A stretch of DNA of 64,000 nt from Octopus sinensis (GCF_006345805.1 NC_043004.1:11346001-11410000), one strand, 5' to 3'. Numbered from the stretch's first letter, positions 49,931 to 60,815 are shown. Numbers and translations are program-made. Notes: generated from the sequence alone by a model not told the origin.

Positions 49931-50774
49931 ATGTATATATATATATGAAATAAAATGTGTTTGATGATTTTACTTCTTTAGTAAGAATTTATATATTTTA
50001 CCAGAAAATTGCAGAACAGCTTCGCTCACCAGTGCATTTAAATTCTTACATGCAGTAAATATTTTAAGCTTTCTTCTCAATTATTCGACCCCACGTCATT
50101 CGTTTGAGCATTGTTTCAGTGAGCATGTTTAGGAAATCTTTATCCTCCGCTTTAAACCAAAGTTTCTTACATTCTAACTGAGCTCTAATTATTTTGTGTC
50201 AACGTTCGTGTCACAGTTTTTAAATTTAAAACATAGAACTGTATAAACTATACAACAACACAAACAAAATAATTGTTAAATAAACAGACACTGAATAAAT
50301 TCTACATGTTTATAAAATACAAAATATTTAATACAATTACCTTGTATAAATCAAAATAGACACTTGTATATTTTAGTGTATCAATTCATATTTTTTCTTG
50401 AAAGATCATTCTGGATTCAGCAGGCTACCTTATCTTTCCGATCCGCCAATTACGACCAATTTTGCCGATGATCTCTTTAGAAGGTGTTCTCGGGTTCCTG
50501 AGTTGGGCCCTCTTTAAAATAAGGTTTGGAAATTCTTTCCATTCATCTCTTCAGTAAATCACGAACAGACAGAGTATAATACATGTTGAACCCCCAAAAC
50601 TGCGAATATTTTGAAATGCTCTAAAAACTGTTGAAAAAATTAGTAAATGAAAATCACCACGGTCACATCTGATGCAGTTCTTGAGCTTCGTGTCCTTGGG
50701 ATTTCCATGATAAGTGTTTCGAAATTGGAAGGTAATATTCGAAGCCAGTCTCTTGTGTCGCAGTATTGTGTTTC

Positions 50775-50945
50775 CAAGGCGGCGATCTGGCAGAATCAAA
50801 ATGTTCAAATTAGTTCGAGGTCAACCTCGCATTTCATCAGTGTTGGTGTCGATAGAATAAATACTAGTTGAGAACTGGGATCTATGTAATTGACTTTTCA
50901 CTTTACTGGTATTGCTGGTCTTGTGCCAAAATTTGAAACTAATAT
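50775..50945 (+). mobile_element. SINE family B, degenerate monomer
   Basis: GGCGGCGATCTGGCAGAATC...GAGGTCAACCTCGCATTTCATC...GGTCTTGTGCCAAAATTTGAAAC. Confidence 0.75.
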
Positions 50946-50959
50946 TTATTATATTTCTG

Positions 50960-52520
50960 GATTTTGAAAATGAAACCATTCTTCTGAGCATGCGTTCAAG
51001 CAAGTATGTTTATACAAAGGTAATGCAGAATTTTCCAGCTTTTCTCAATAATACGGTAAATTTATTTGGCAACTCAGTATTGATTCAAATATTTTTTGGA
51101 ACTGAACTGACTGAACTGATAGCATTCAGTTCTATGAGTCTCAAGATCAATCAAAATCTATTGAATTTCGGCTTCAAACTGGGGGTGGGGGACTTCAAAT
51201 GGATTCAAAATTCAATACAAAATAACGAGGTGTAACAGGTTATTAAATCTTGCGCGTATATCATTTTATGTCTGCTTCAGTTGTTTTGCTTTAATGTCAA
51301 GGTAATTGTCTTCCGGTTCTTCTATGATCATCTTCAAGTTTGGATATCATAAAAATCTCGATGTATTAGTTTGCTAAAACTAAACTGAGATATTCAGCAG
51401 CAGAACCAATAGCTTCGATTTATCCATGAGATTACTGTCTCTTGAGCCATCAAATTTTGTTTAATAAATTAATTTTTCAGAATATACTTACCAAAAATAT
51501 TTTCTGTCACAGCGCCAACAATTCTTCCTCTAGGCTCCTTATAAAACACGAGAGAAATTATATACCAGCATTTCAGGAATTCTTCATTATTTTCTTCATA
51601 CGTATACTATTACAAGCTATCTTGCAGGGCATGGAATTTGATGAAGTTTTCAGAACCTACGACAAGTGAAAGCGAATTACGAACATGCACTCCTAAGATT
51701 TTTGCTACTTAGGCGCTCCCTGTGAGACGGAATGTAAAACTTATCTCATATGAGTGATGAATACTTTGTGTTGTTCAACTGTATCAGTAGAACTGTTAGT
51801 TCTACAATAAATTATATTTTCCCTTGGATTATTGCTCACGCTTACGCTTACGTAAATCCAATTATAAATAAATAGTTAGTCCTTTACCATTCCATTTTAA
51901 TCTTATGAGCAAATTACATTTCTTCCTTTAATTTGTACTCGCTTCAGAATCTCACAGAAGCCGCGAGAAGACCGTCATCTTTTAAATTAGATTCTTATAG
52001 ATGTAACAAAATATACTTGGATTGAATTGAACTGGGCATTCCTCTTCAATGTTCTGGACCTCCCTATCGATTCTTCTGCCAACAGTGGACTTAATTAAAG
52101 GAATTGAGCGAACTGTCGGTTCCTTTGTTACTCAAGTCTCTGACAATTGAATAGTGGGATGTGCAGTAAGAGCAAAATAAACAAACACTAAAGTTTCGAA
52201 CATTTTCTTCTATTTTAGCAATTAGTTTACAAATTGTGTATAAAACTAACAAACCTCTTTCTGCATTCTATAATGTTTGCATAACGGAATGTTCCATTGA
52301 AAGCTTTTCCATGAAATTATCTCAAAAGTTTAAGTAATCCAAGGGTTTATCATTTTCCAAATGATACAAGATATCGAAAATAAGTTTTCTTTTATTTTTT
52401 CAATTTAGTAGGTATCCTGCTTTCATTGGAAATTATATTCATGTTTATCAAACTCATGGACAGGGATGAGGTTTGCGAATAGGCGATGAAAGCATGCGAT
52501 GAATATTCTATCCAGTGCTG
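50960..52520 (-). pseudogene. hAT (Buster/Charlie, ZBED8-like) transposase relic
   Basis: Ordered, colinear fragments by manual translation: IISNESRIPTKLK; RSIPLIKSTVGRRID..QNIEEE; GLLAASVRF..KLKEEM; GAP; NFIKFHALQDSL..YEENNEEF; RFNNLL...ILNPF; KFCITF.TYLLER. These match my recollection of TcBuster/ZBED8 blocks (SNESMKPSKL, IPLSNNTV.RRI, LLA.VR, DGAP, WI.NPF, FPSSYLVERGF). Many stops. Confidence 0.7.
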
Positions 52521-52761
52521 TAAGCCATATTTTCAGGAAGCAATCTCATGGGTACATCATTTCTATATGTAATAAAAATAATCAAGAGAGAGTTCCTTTT
52601 GGGAAAACCATAAACAAAACAATGTTCTTCAGTAAATTTTATCGGAATAAGCTACTACGATATCCGAGAAAGAGAAAGATTCATTTGGTGACAGTAACTG
52701 GAGACAGTCTTTGTTACTGATTTTGTTTACATGATAGTCGTTTAAATGGTGAAAAGTAACT

Positions 52762-52991
52762 CTCATTTACTCTTTTACTTGTTTCAGTCATGTGACTGTT
52801 CCCATGCTGGAGCACCGCCTGTAATAGAGCAAAACAAACCCCAGGACTAATTCTTTGTAAACCTAGTACTTATTCTATCGGTTATTTTGCTGAACTGCTA
52901 AGTTACGAGGACGTAAACACATCAGCATCGGTTGTCAAGCGATGCTGGGGGGACAAACACACATACACAAACACACACACACACACACACA

Positions 52992-53082
<91 letters not shown>

Positions 53083-53250
53083 TACGAGAGGCTTCTTTGA
53101 GTTTCCGTCTACCAAATCCACTCACAAGTCTTTGGTCGTCCTGAGGCTACAGTAGAAGACAGCTGCCCAAGGTGCCACGCAGAGGGACTGAACCCGGAGC
53201 CATGTGGTTCGTAAGCAAGCTACATACCACACACCTACTCCTACGCCTAA
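52762..53250 (-). mobile_element. SINE family A, full length
   Basis: Reverse complement of head, (CA)(TA) array, body and tail. Confidence 0.9.
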
Positions 53251-54543
53251 GTTCCAGAGTTAGTTGAGGGTATCATCAAAAACGTGATTATCCTTATGGT
53301 TTTGTAAAACAGTAAAAAGTATCATCTTAGCAAAATCAAAAGAAATTTATATAGCCAACAACACAATATTTATGAATTTAATTTTAATAAAGGTCTTGTC
53401 CCCAAAAAAGGGATAAAAGAGGGAAAAATAAGGGAAAGAGCAGTCTTAGATGAAGATTACGGGGCATAAGTAACTGGAATGGTTGATGGTATTCTGAGAG
53501 CATATCGATATATATTATTTTGGAGGGAGCGTACACGTTAAGGAATTTCTGAGAGAATGATCAATGAAAGAGCGTTTGGGATTATGAAGAGTAAGAAATA
53601 TGTTCACCTTCTTGTTATTTATTCTTACAGGTAAAAGTTTTCTAATGGCTATTTCTTATTCACTATTGTTGCATATAACATAGGCATTCTTTTGTTATTT
53701 ACAATATGTCGAAACGACACTTATGCAAAAAATGTTATGCACTGATGTAATAGCTCTTTGTCTTACTAGTTTGTATAATTGATAAATAATCTGTGGTCTT
53801 GATTGGGAAAGCAAGTTGTCAACAAACGGCAAAACAGTCAGACAAATATCATCTTCGTTCTTTTTTCATGCACCTGCAAAGCAGAGGAAGAACGCGCTTA
53901 TGTGTTTAACTATTATGTAAATCTCTGTAGGTATATAATATATTGTGTCTGTGTAGGTGTATAAATTTAACTGCAAGAATTAATAATAAACTATAGGAAA
54001 CAACATTTTGCTGCATAATCAGAAACTGCTCAGGAAAATAAAATGAGGTAGAAAAATCATAGAATAATTTTATCATGAAATACATTTTGTGATGGTTAGT
54101 ACCATCACAAAATGTATTTTCGACTTTTCTAATTAAGAGTAAAATTAATGTGGATATTAATTAAGAAGAAAAACAACTGAAGAAAAAATTAAATGAAATA
54201 TTTCCATAATCAATAACAACAGATGGATTGTGGTTCACTACACTTGTTTCAGACATGTTTTCTTTATGGCGGAACAGGAGTGTTACATCATGAAAAATAC
54301 CGTTTCCATCAGGTGAAAACGGGTAAGAATTCATTGGAAATTCTCAAGAACAGGTATACAGTGCTGAATGGCCTTATCGACCCAACAAATCCGTGTTTAC
54401 TTTAATGAGGATGTATTTGTCCTTATATATTGTTTGTACACGATAGCGCTACCCCGACCTGACCTTGGTGCTTTCACTATTTAAGTACCTGATTCTCTTG
54501 AATCCTGGAAATGTCATATATATATACATACATATATATATAT

Positions 54544-54617
<74 letters not shown>

Positions 54618-54729
54618 CATATATATATATATATATATCAAATATATATATATATATCCTTAAATCCTTAAAAATGTTTTAGCCCGAAGGCCGCGGCCAT
54701 GCTGGGGCACCACCGCTGAATGAGCTACA

Positions 54730-57700
54730 CTAGTTTGTGAATCCACCTCTGATACGTGGCACTTGATCAACAAGGGAGTTCGATGCTGCTGCCCGCATCT
54801 GTGTCTCCTGTCGTGAGGTAGGTTCATCTGGGACTCCCAACAAGAAGAGATCCAGTTTAGTTTTAAAGAAACCCACATCCACACCATGTAAGTCTCTCAG
54901 GCATTTAGGGAGGATGTTAAAGAACTGTGGTCCTCTGAAACCCAAGCTGTTGCAGTATCTGGACCTGTATTTTGATGGTGATGTTGGAATCCTTGGCACC
55001 ACGCAGCGGCGCCCCGTTCTGCGGTTGGAGTAACTTTGAATGCCAAAGTTTGGGACAAGACCCTCCAGGATTTTCCAGATGTATATCACTGCATATCTCT
55101 CCCACCTCCGCTCCAGGGAGGAGAGGTTTAATACCTTCAGTCTTTCCCAGTAGCTCACATTTTGCATTGAGACGATTTTCTTTGTGTAGCTTCTCTGAGT
55201 TGCTTCGAGTTCTGCTGTTTGTTTTATATTGTGTGGTGACCAAATTTGGGAGCAGTAGTCCAAGCGGCTGAGGACGAATGTTTTCCATAGGACCATCAGT
55301 GTCTCCTTCTCTCTTGTTCTGAAAGTTCGGAGAATCCATCCAGCTAGCAGTCTGCATTTTATCACCAGATTAGCAATATGCATTTGGAAAGATGCATCAT
55401 TGCTCATGTCAATGCCCAGGTCACGCACTGATTTTGACTCAGGGATTGCAATTCTTCCTGGGCCAGTGTATCCAGTCTTCACGTCATTTACCTTTGTGTG
55501 CCAGTCGCGCAGGGCCTGGAACTTACCTGCATTAAACTGCATGTTGTTGTCCTCAGCCCACCTGTATATTGTGTCCAGCTCATGTTGCAGATGCGCAATA
55601 TTTTCAGGGTTTTGTATTGCGTGGGAGACTTTTGTGTCATCTGCATAGCTAGCAAGGGTGGTCATCGTAGCAACTGAAGGCATGTCTGAAAGGGCCACTA
55701 TGAACATCAGTGGCCCCAAGACAGTGCCCTGTGGGACACCGCTTGTTATTTGCGTTTCCTTGGAGGTGGCTCCATTGCTCACAACTGCCTGTTTTCTGTC
55801 TTTTAGGAAGTTGTGCAGCCACTCTCCAAGTTTCCCGCCTATGCCGAGACCACGCAGTTTGTGACAGATCATACCATGGTCGACTTTATCAAAGGCTTTT
55901 GCAAAGTCAAGATATATTACATCCACATTTGAGCCATTTAGTAGCTGTTTCAACACCCAGTCATAGTGTTGCAGGAGCTGTGTTAGGCAGCCTCTACCTG
56001 GTCGAAATCCATGCTGGGTGTCAGACAGTAAGTCATTTTCTTCAAGGAACATGATTAGTTTCTTACGGACTATTCGTTCCATGACTTTGCTGATGTGTGA
56101 GGTCAGAGAGATAGGCCTATAATTTTTAGCATCTGCTCTGCTACCTCCCTTATGGATAGGGCATATTACCCCCTCTTTCAGTTTGACTGGGAGCTTACCA
56201 CTTGCAAGAAAGCTCTGAAAAAGAAGCTGTAGCGGTTTTGCAAGGGCTCGTTTGCACGATTTGAGAAGGATCGCTGGGAATCCATCAGGTCCAGCAGCTG
56301 AGTTTGTGTCAATCTCATCAATGGCTAGTGTGATATCATCTTCGATGTTGATGTACTCAATTTTTGCCTCTTTGGCCGCTGGTAAAGTGGCAAAGAATTC
56401 TTCTGGGTTGTTTACTTGCCTGTGTCCTAGAGGTGTAGTGAACACACTTTGGAACTGTTCGTTCAGTATTTCACTTATCCTCGTGGGATTTCCTGTGAGA
56501 GAGCCATCTTTTTGGAAGAGAGGTCCTATTCTCTGGTGCACTGTGGCTGTCTCTTTGGCAAACTTAAAGAAAGATTTAGGGTTTGATTTTATATTTTCTA
56601 TTACCCAAGCTTCTTTATCTGCTCTCTCCTTTTCATGGGACTGATGTAGACTTTTCTCAGTTTCCATTAGCATTCTTTCGAGCCGAGACTTCTCACCACT
56701 TTTGGTGTACTTGCTCAGGCGGTTTGCAATCCTTGTCCGTCGTCTCATAAGAATCCTCCTTTCTCTAGGGATCCTGTTTTTGTTCTTGTGTGTGCTGGCC
56801 CTGCACATTGGGACATATTTGTCACATATGGCTTGTATTATGGACATGAAGTGTTTGTGTTTCATGTTTATGTCCGGTGTGGAGAGACATTCAGGCCAGT
56901 CCTGTTTGAGGATCTCTTTCTCAATCGACTTCCAGTTGGCTTTATGAAAGTTTAAGTTGGAGAGATGGTGGGTGCTTCGTATAGGCTGTGTGTCTGCGGG
57001 GGCTTTTGTTCCATACATAGACAGCTCTATTATGTTGTGATCCGAGATCATTGTCGGCATCACATTAACATTATGGATAATATCCATATTGTTTGTGAAA
57101 CAGAGATCCAGTATATTATCTGCCCTTGTTGGTTGCAGAACTATTTGCTCCATGAAAGAGGCATTTGTGAGATGGAGCAGGGACTCCACCTGTGCCTGCT
57201 GATGGTGTGTCATCCCTGGGAGCATCTGCCCCCCAGGCCATTCCACATTGGGGAGGTTAAAGTCACCCATGAAGAATACACTGTTGTGCTGTTCAAGGTT
57301 GGTGAGGACTTCTCCTATTTTTGTTAGGCAGTCTTCAAACATGCCTGAGTGTTTTGGGGCATCTGGTGGGCGATATGTAGTGCATATGACGATATTCAGT
57401 TGTCTTATGTGTACAAGTTGAGTTTCACATACTGAGTTTGAATATGACAGCAGGACCTGGGGCGTGAGGTCATCTCGGATGTACATTGCAACTCCACCAT
57501 GGCTCCTCCCTTTTCTATCTGTGCGTATGACTGCATTATGCGGCATGTGTATTTCTGCATCACCTATATCGGGTTCAAGATGCGTTTCTGTGAGTGCCAT
57601 GCATATAGCTTGATTGCATGTCACAAGGTCTCTCAGGAATGAAATTTTCTTTTTACAGTTTCCGCGCAGCAGCCCTCCTACATTCAGTAGAAATATTTTT

Positions 57701-57831
57701 GTGGTGTGTGTGTTGGTGTTGGTGTCTGTAGTGGCCATCCTGCATCTGTTGGAGGTGGCCTTATGTGGTGGTAGTTCCAGCTTTGTGCTTGTAGCCAGGT
57801 CAGCTGCTGAACAATTTTTTGTGCCATGCAC
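54730..57831 (-). CDS. LINE ORF2: AP endonuclease + reverse transcriptase (probable start ATG at 57738, 1002 aa)
   Basis: APE motifs LLNVGGL, LTETHL, MGDFNLP, ILDLCFT and SDH. RT motifs GPDG, NYRPISL, QHGFR, YLDFAKAFDKVDH, GVPQGTVLGP and YADD. No internal stop. Confidence 0.97.
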   Translation of the reverse strand: MHGTKNCSAADLATSTKLELPPHKATSNRCRMATTDTNTNTHTTKIFLLNVGGLLRGNCKKKISFLRDLVTCNQAICMALTETHLEPDIGDAEIHMPHNAVIRTDRKGRSHGGVAMYIRDDLTPQVLLSYSNSVCETQLVHIRQLNIVICTTYRPPDAPKHSGMFEDCLTKIGEVLTNLEQHNSVFFMGDFNLPNVEWPGGQMLPGMTHHQQAQVESLLHLTNASFMEQIVLQPTRADNILDLCFTNNMDIIHNVNVMPTMISDHNIIELSMYGTKAPADTQPIRSTHHLSNLNFHKANWKSIEKEILKQDWPECLSTPDINMKHKHFMSIIQAICDKYVPMCRASTHKNKNRIPRERRILMRRRTRIANRLSKYTKSGEKSRLERMLMETEKSLHQSHEKERADKEAWVIENIKSNPKSFFKFAKETATVHQRIGPLFQKDGSLTGNPTRISEILNEQFQSVFTTPLGHRQVNNPEEFFATLPAAKEAKIEYINIEDDITLAIDEIDTNSAAGPDGFPAILLKSCKRALAKPLQLLFQSFLASGKLPVKLKEGVICPIHKGGSRADAKNYRPISLTSHISKVMERIVRKKLIMFLEENDLLSDTQHGFRPGRGCLTQLLQHYDWVLKQLLNGSNVDVIYLDFAKAFDKVDHGMICHKLRGLGIGGKLGEWLHNFLKDRKQAVVSNGATSKETQITSGVPQGTVLGPLMFIVALSDMPSVATMTTLASYADDTKVSHAIQNPENIAHLQHELDTIYRWAEDNNMQFNAGKFQALRDWHTKVNDVKTGYTGPGRIAIPESKSVRDLGIDMSNDASFQMHIANLVIKCRLLAGWILRTFRTREKETLMVLWKTFVLSRLDYCSQIWSPHNIKQTAELEATQRSYTKKIVSMQNVSYWERLKVLNLSSLERRWERYAVIYIWKILEGLVPNFGIQSYSNRRTGRRCVVPRIPTSPSKYRSRYCNSLGFRGPQFFNILPKCLRDLHGVDVGFFKTKLDLFLLGVPDEPTSRQETQMRAAASNSLVDQVPRIRGGFTN

Positions 57832-58591
57832 AAAAAAGACTGCTGTTCAGCTGCCGCCCTTCTCACATCTGGGTGAAGCTGGCCACCTGTTGGGTTTCCG
57901 CGCACCACATCTGCATACCGTCTTTCAGTAGTGGTCAGTGCGCTTTTTTCCCTTCTTTTAACTTTTTCTTTTTGTTTTTGTTTTGTTCTCCCTGAGGGAG
58001 GGGCCTCTGTCTCGCGTCCGTGCGGTTTTGGTAGGGCCTCCGATGTGCAAAGCGACAGTTTGCACCTTCAACGCCGTACCAGCAGTCCCCCCTCAGGTAG
58101 AATTTGCAGGTGTTTCTTTCCCTGCCCTTACAGTTTTTGCTGGGGTCCCTCTGCTTTCTCTGGACAGGGCTTCCTTTAGCCTTGATTCTGTCACCCTTTA
58201 CCTCCTGCTTCCCATCAATTCCAGGGTGCCTTTCCTTTCTTGCGGCCATCGCACCTCTTTGGTCTTCAGTTGTGGTGTTGGAAGCTGGACATGTGTCATC
58301 GTTTCCCTGTGTTCCAGGCTTCTCCATTTGGCTCTGGATGCTTTCCTCATCCTTTTGGCCCTCCCTGCTGCCGTCACCTCCCAGGATGATGTCCAGGGTG
58401 TCCACATGTTGCCTGATTAGAGCGTACGAACGGATAACTTCTCTCTTCTTTCGCTCTATCTGGGCGGTGGTTCTCGAAAAATTGTTGCTTTTCAGCGCCG
58501 CAGCAATAATGTCGTTCGGCGAGTCGTCCTCAGCGATCCTCCAAGCGCGGACTAACAATTGCACCTCTCTCGCAGACCAGTTTCTTGCCAT
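57684..58591 (-). CDS. LINE ORF1, interrupted by one frameshift near 57945 (Myb/SANT-like N-terminus, CCCH zinc finger)
   Basis: ORF 57935-58591 contains NWSAREVQLLVRAW... and CKFYLRGDCWYGVEGANCRFAH. It continues in the -1 frame (SALTTTERRYADVVRG...) to a stop at 57684, overlapping the start of ORF2. Confidence 0.75.
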
Positions 58592-58599
58592 TTTCTTCT

Positions 58600-59400
58600 A
58601 GTGAAATATAGGAACAGAGAGAGAGATAGAGAAGGAGAGATAAGATGGAGAGGGATAAGAGAAAGGAGAAAAGCCAGGGGGGATAGAGAGAGACGAGGGG
58701 ATTGTCCTGAGAGAAGAGAGAAAGAGAGAAAATAAGAGGGAAAAAAGAGAAAGGAGAAAGAATGGCAGGTCAGCAGGGGGAGAGTGAGCGGGATAGAGGT
58801 GTAGTAGAAAGGGACAGGGTGGAAAAGTGAGACAAGAGGGTGGACCCTAGGGGGAGCAGGGAGAAGAGAGGCGGAGAGATAAAATGGAGAGGAAGAGAGA
58901 GAGAGAGATGAAATGGAGAGGGAGAGAGAGAGAGGGCAGGATAGAGGTACCAGGGAGTGAAGTAAAGGGACAGAGAGGGTGGTGTGGAGGAAGGAGACAG
59001 AGAGAGGAAAAAAGAGACAGGGGGTGGTGAGCCTTAGAGGGAACAGGGAGAGAGGGGGCGCAACAGAGTGTAGTAAAGGTACAGGGAGGGTGGTGTAGAG
59101 AAAGAAATAAGGGGACAGAAGGGGAAGAGGAAAAGGGGTTTGACCTGTGAAGGAGCGGAGAGGAAAGAGGCAGAGAGAGGGAGGGGGAGTAACAGAGAGA
59201 GAGAGAAAGAGGGCGGTATATAGATACAAAAGAGAATGAGTGAAGTTGAGGAACTGAGAGAGGGGGTGAGGTGAGAGAAAGTTGATCTGAGAGAAATGCA
59301 CAAAGAGAAACGATGGCAGAGGGAGAGAGAGGGAGGAGGAGAGAGTGAGAGCGGAAATAGAGGGTCTGTTGGATGGGGAGACAGATAAGGTATAAACTGT
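58600..59400. repeat. GA-rich low-complexity tract (CT-rich on the LINE sense strand; putative 5' UTR)
   Basis: Direct reading. It lies immediately upstream of ORF1. Confidence 0.75.
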
Positions 59401-60382
59401 ATGAGAGAGATAGAAATAGAAATGTAAGAAAGAGAAGGAGAGATTATAAATATAGAATAGCGCGTATTTTTATATCTTTTTAATTATTATTTTCTGTTTG
59501 AAAGAACACTAATGATAACAAATAATAAAAATGTATGAGAGAGATAGAAATAGAAATGTAAGAAAGAGAAAGAGAAAGTGCGTGGCAGGCACGGAGGACG
59601 AAATTATAAAGATTATAAAAATAGAATAGCGCATATTTTTATATTTTTATATCTTTCTTTTTTAATTATTATTTTCTGTTTGAAAGAACACTAATGATAA
59701 CAAAATAAATAATATCTTCCTTACCTTACCGGCTGAGAGAGTACGTACGTTATTCCTTTTTATAAGAAAGGAAGATAGATAGACAAGACAGACCTTTTAT
59801 ATTCCTTAATCGTATTTTGTAAACAAAAGGGATTTGAGTTTCGATTTCGCACATGCAACAGTTTGACGATACTTTCTGTATTTTCCTAAGCGATTTGGTA
59901 TTAAGCAGCAAATTTTTCAGAGGCTTTTTTCAGAACACGCAGATATACATCAAAAACGAAAATATCCTTCTCAAAAATACTGTGTCTTGTTGATTCACAG
60001 ACGAAGAATAAAATTCACTTCGATTTCGGGAAGTAACACACGTGCGTTTTAACACGTGTATTCGCGAGTATGTTCTAGTTGCAAATACTATATCAAAATC
60101 GAAAATATTCTTCTCAAATACAGTGACTTGTACTCTCACTTATATTCGCTTTGCAGACAATTTCGCTTCTGATAACATCGATCTCTGGAAGGACTTCTTT
60201 AATATTTAGGAGAGACACGTTAACACACTTGTTGTTAGTTCAGCGCTATCTTGATATATACATAATAAAGTAATGTCTGCCACTACTTCAACATGGCTAT
60301 TCCGCACGAACTAACGTTACTACCATTTTTTAACTTCAAGAGAATGCCTCCTCTAAACGGTTATCGATCCAATCTGCACCCG

Positions 60383-60538
60383 ATATATATTGCAAGCAGG
60401 GGATATGACCCCTACCATCATCTAGCGACATGACAGGACTATCATGCATTCCGGTTTTGACCTATTTTTGTCCATCCTCAATGCAAGACATTTGTCCGCT
60501 AGAGACAGCAGTAGTTCGCTCCAGCTTGCAATATATAT
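60383..60538. mobile_element. MITE-like foldback, 156 bp
   Basis: Perfect 15-bp inverted repeat ATATATATTGCAAGC / GCTTGCAATATATAT, with an inner inverted pair TCTAGCGACA / TGTCCGCTAGA. Confidence 0.55.
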
Positions 60539-60616
60539 AGAAAAATAAGTGACAATCAGTCACTGATTTTGCAACAAGTAAAGTAGCTGGTTAGGAAATC
60601 TCTATAAAAGATGAAA

Positions 60617-60788
60617 GTAGTAGCTATACGGAGAAGTAAAGTTTGTCACCATTTCAACGTGGCTGTTCCGTACGAAACGTCGTTCGATAACCACCTAGAG
60701 GAGGCGGTCATTTGGGGCTAAAAAATGTTCGTACGGAACAGCCATGTTGAAATGGAGACAAAACATTACTTCTCAGTATAGTTACTAC
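60617..60788. mobile_element. MITE-like foldback with ~60-bp arms
   Basis: 60617-60676 is an imperfect reverse complement of 60728-60788. A partial third arm lies at 60287-60310. Confidence 0.65.
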
Positions 60789-60815
60789 GTTCATCTGATG
60801 TACAGATTTTCTAAT

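Larger units (their letters stand above)
54653..58600 (-). mobile_element. CR1/L2-group LINE, near full length (5' UTR may extend to ~59.8 kb)
   Basis: ORF1, ORF2 and a short 3' UTR ending in a hairpin and (TTTAAGGA)2, abutting the (TA)n array at ~54515-54655. Confidence 0.92.

Noticed and set aside
51455-51530. 46-nt minus-strand micro-exon with good AG and GTAAGT signals
   Set aside because: It falls inside the hAT/Buster relic and is better explained as part of it.
54220-54450. Possible Harbinger transposase fragment (ILKNRYTVLNGLI) or exon with a GTAAGA donor
   Set aside because: There is a single short motif, and the two interpretations cannot be told apart by eye.
55400-57327. Plus-strand ORFs overlapping the LINE, and minus-strand ORFs overlapping the Dong copies
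   Set aside because: Antisense shadows of RT-coding sequence.
57935-57960. Programmed -1 ribosomal frameshift in LINE ORF1
   Set aside because: The sequence is not an in-frame X XXY YYZ heptamer. A 1-bp homopolymer deletion is simpler.
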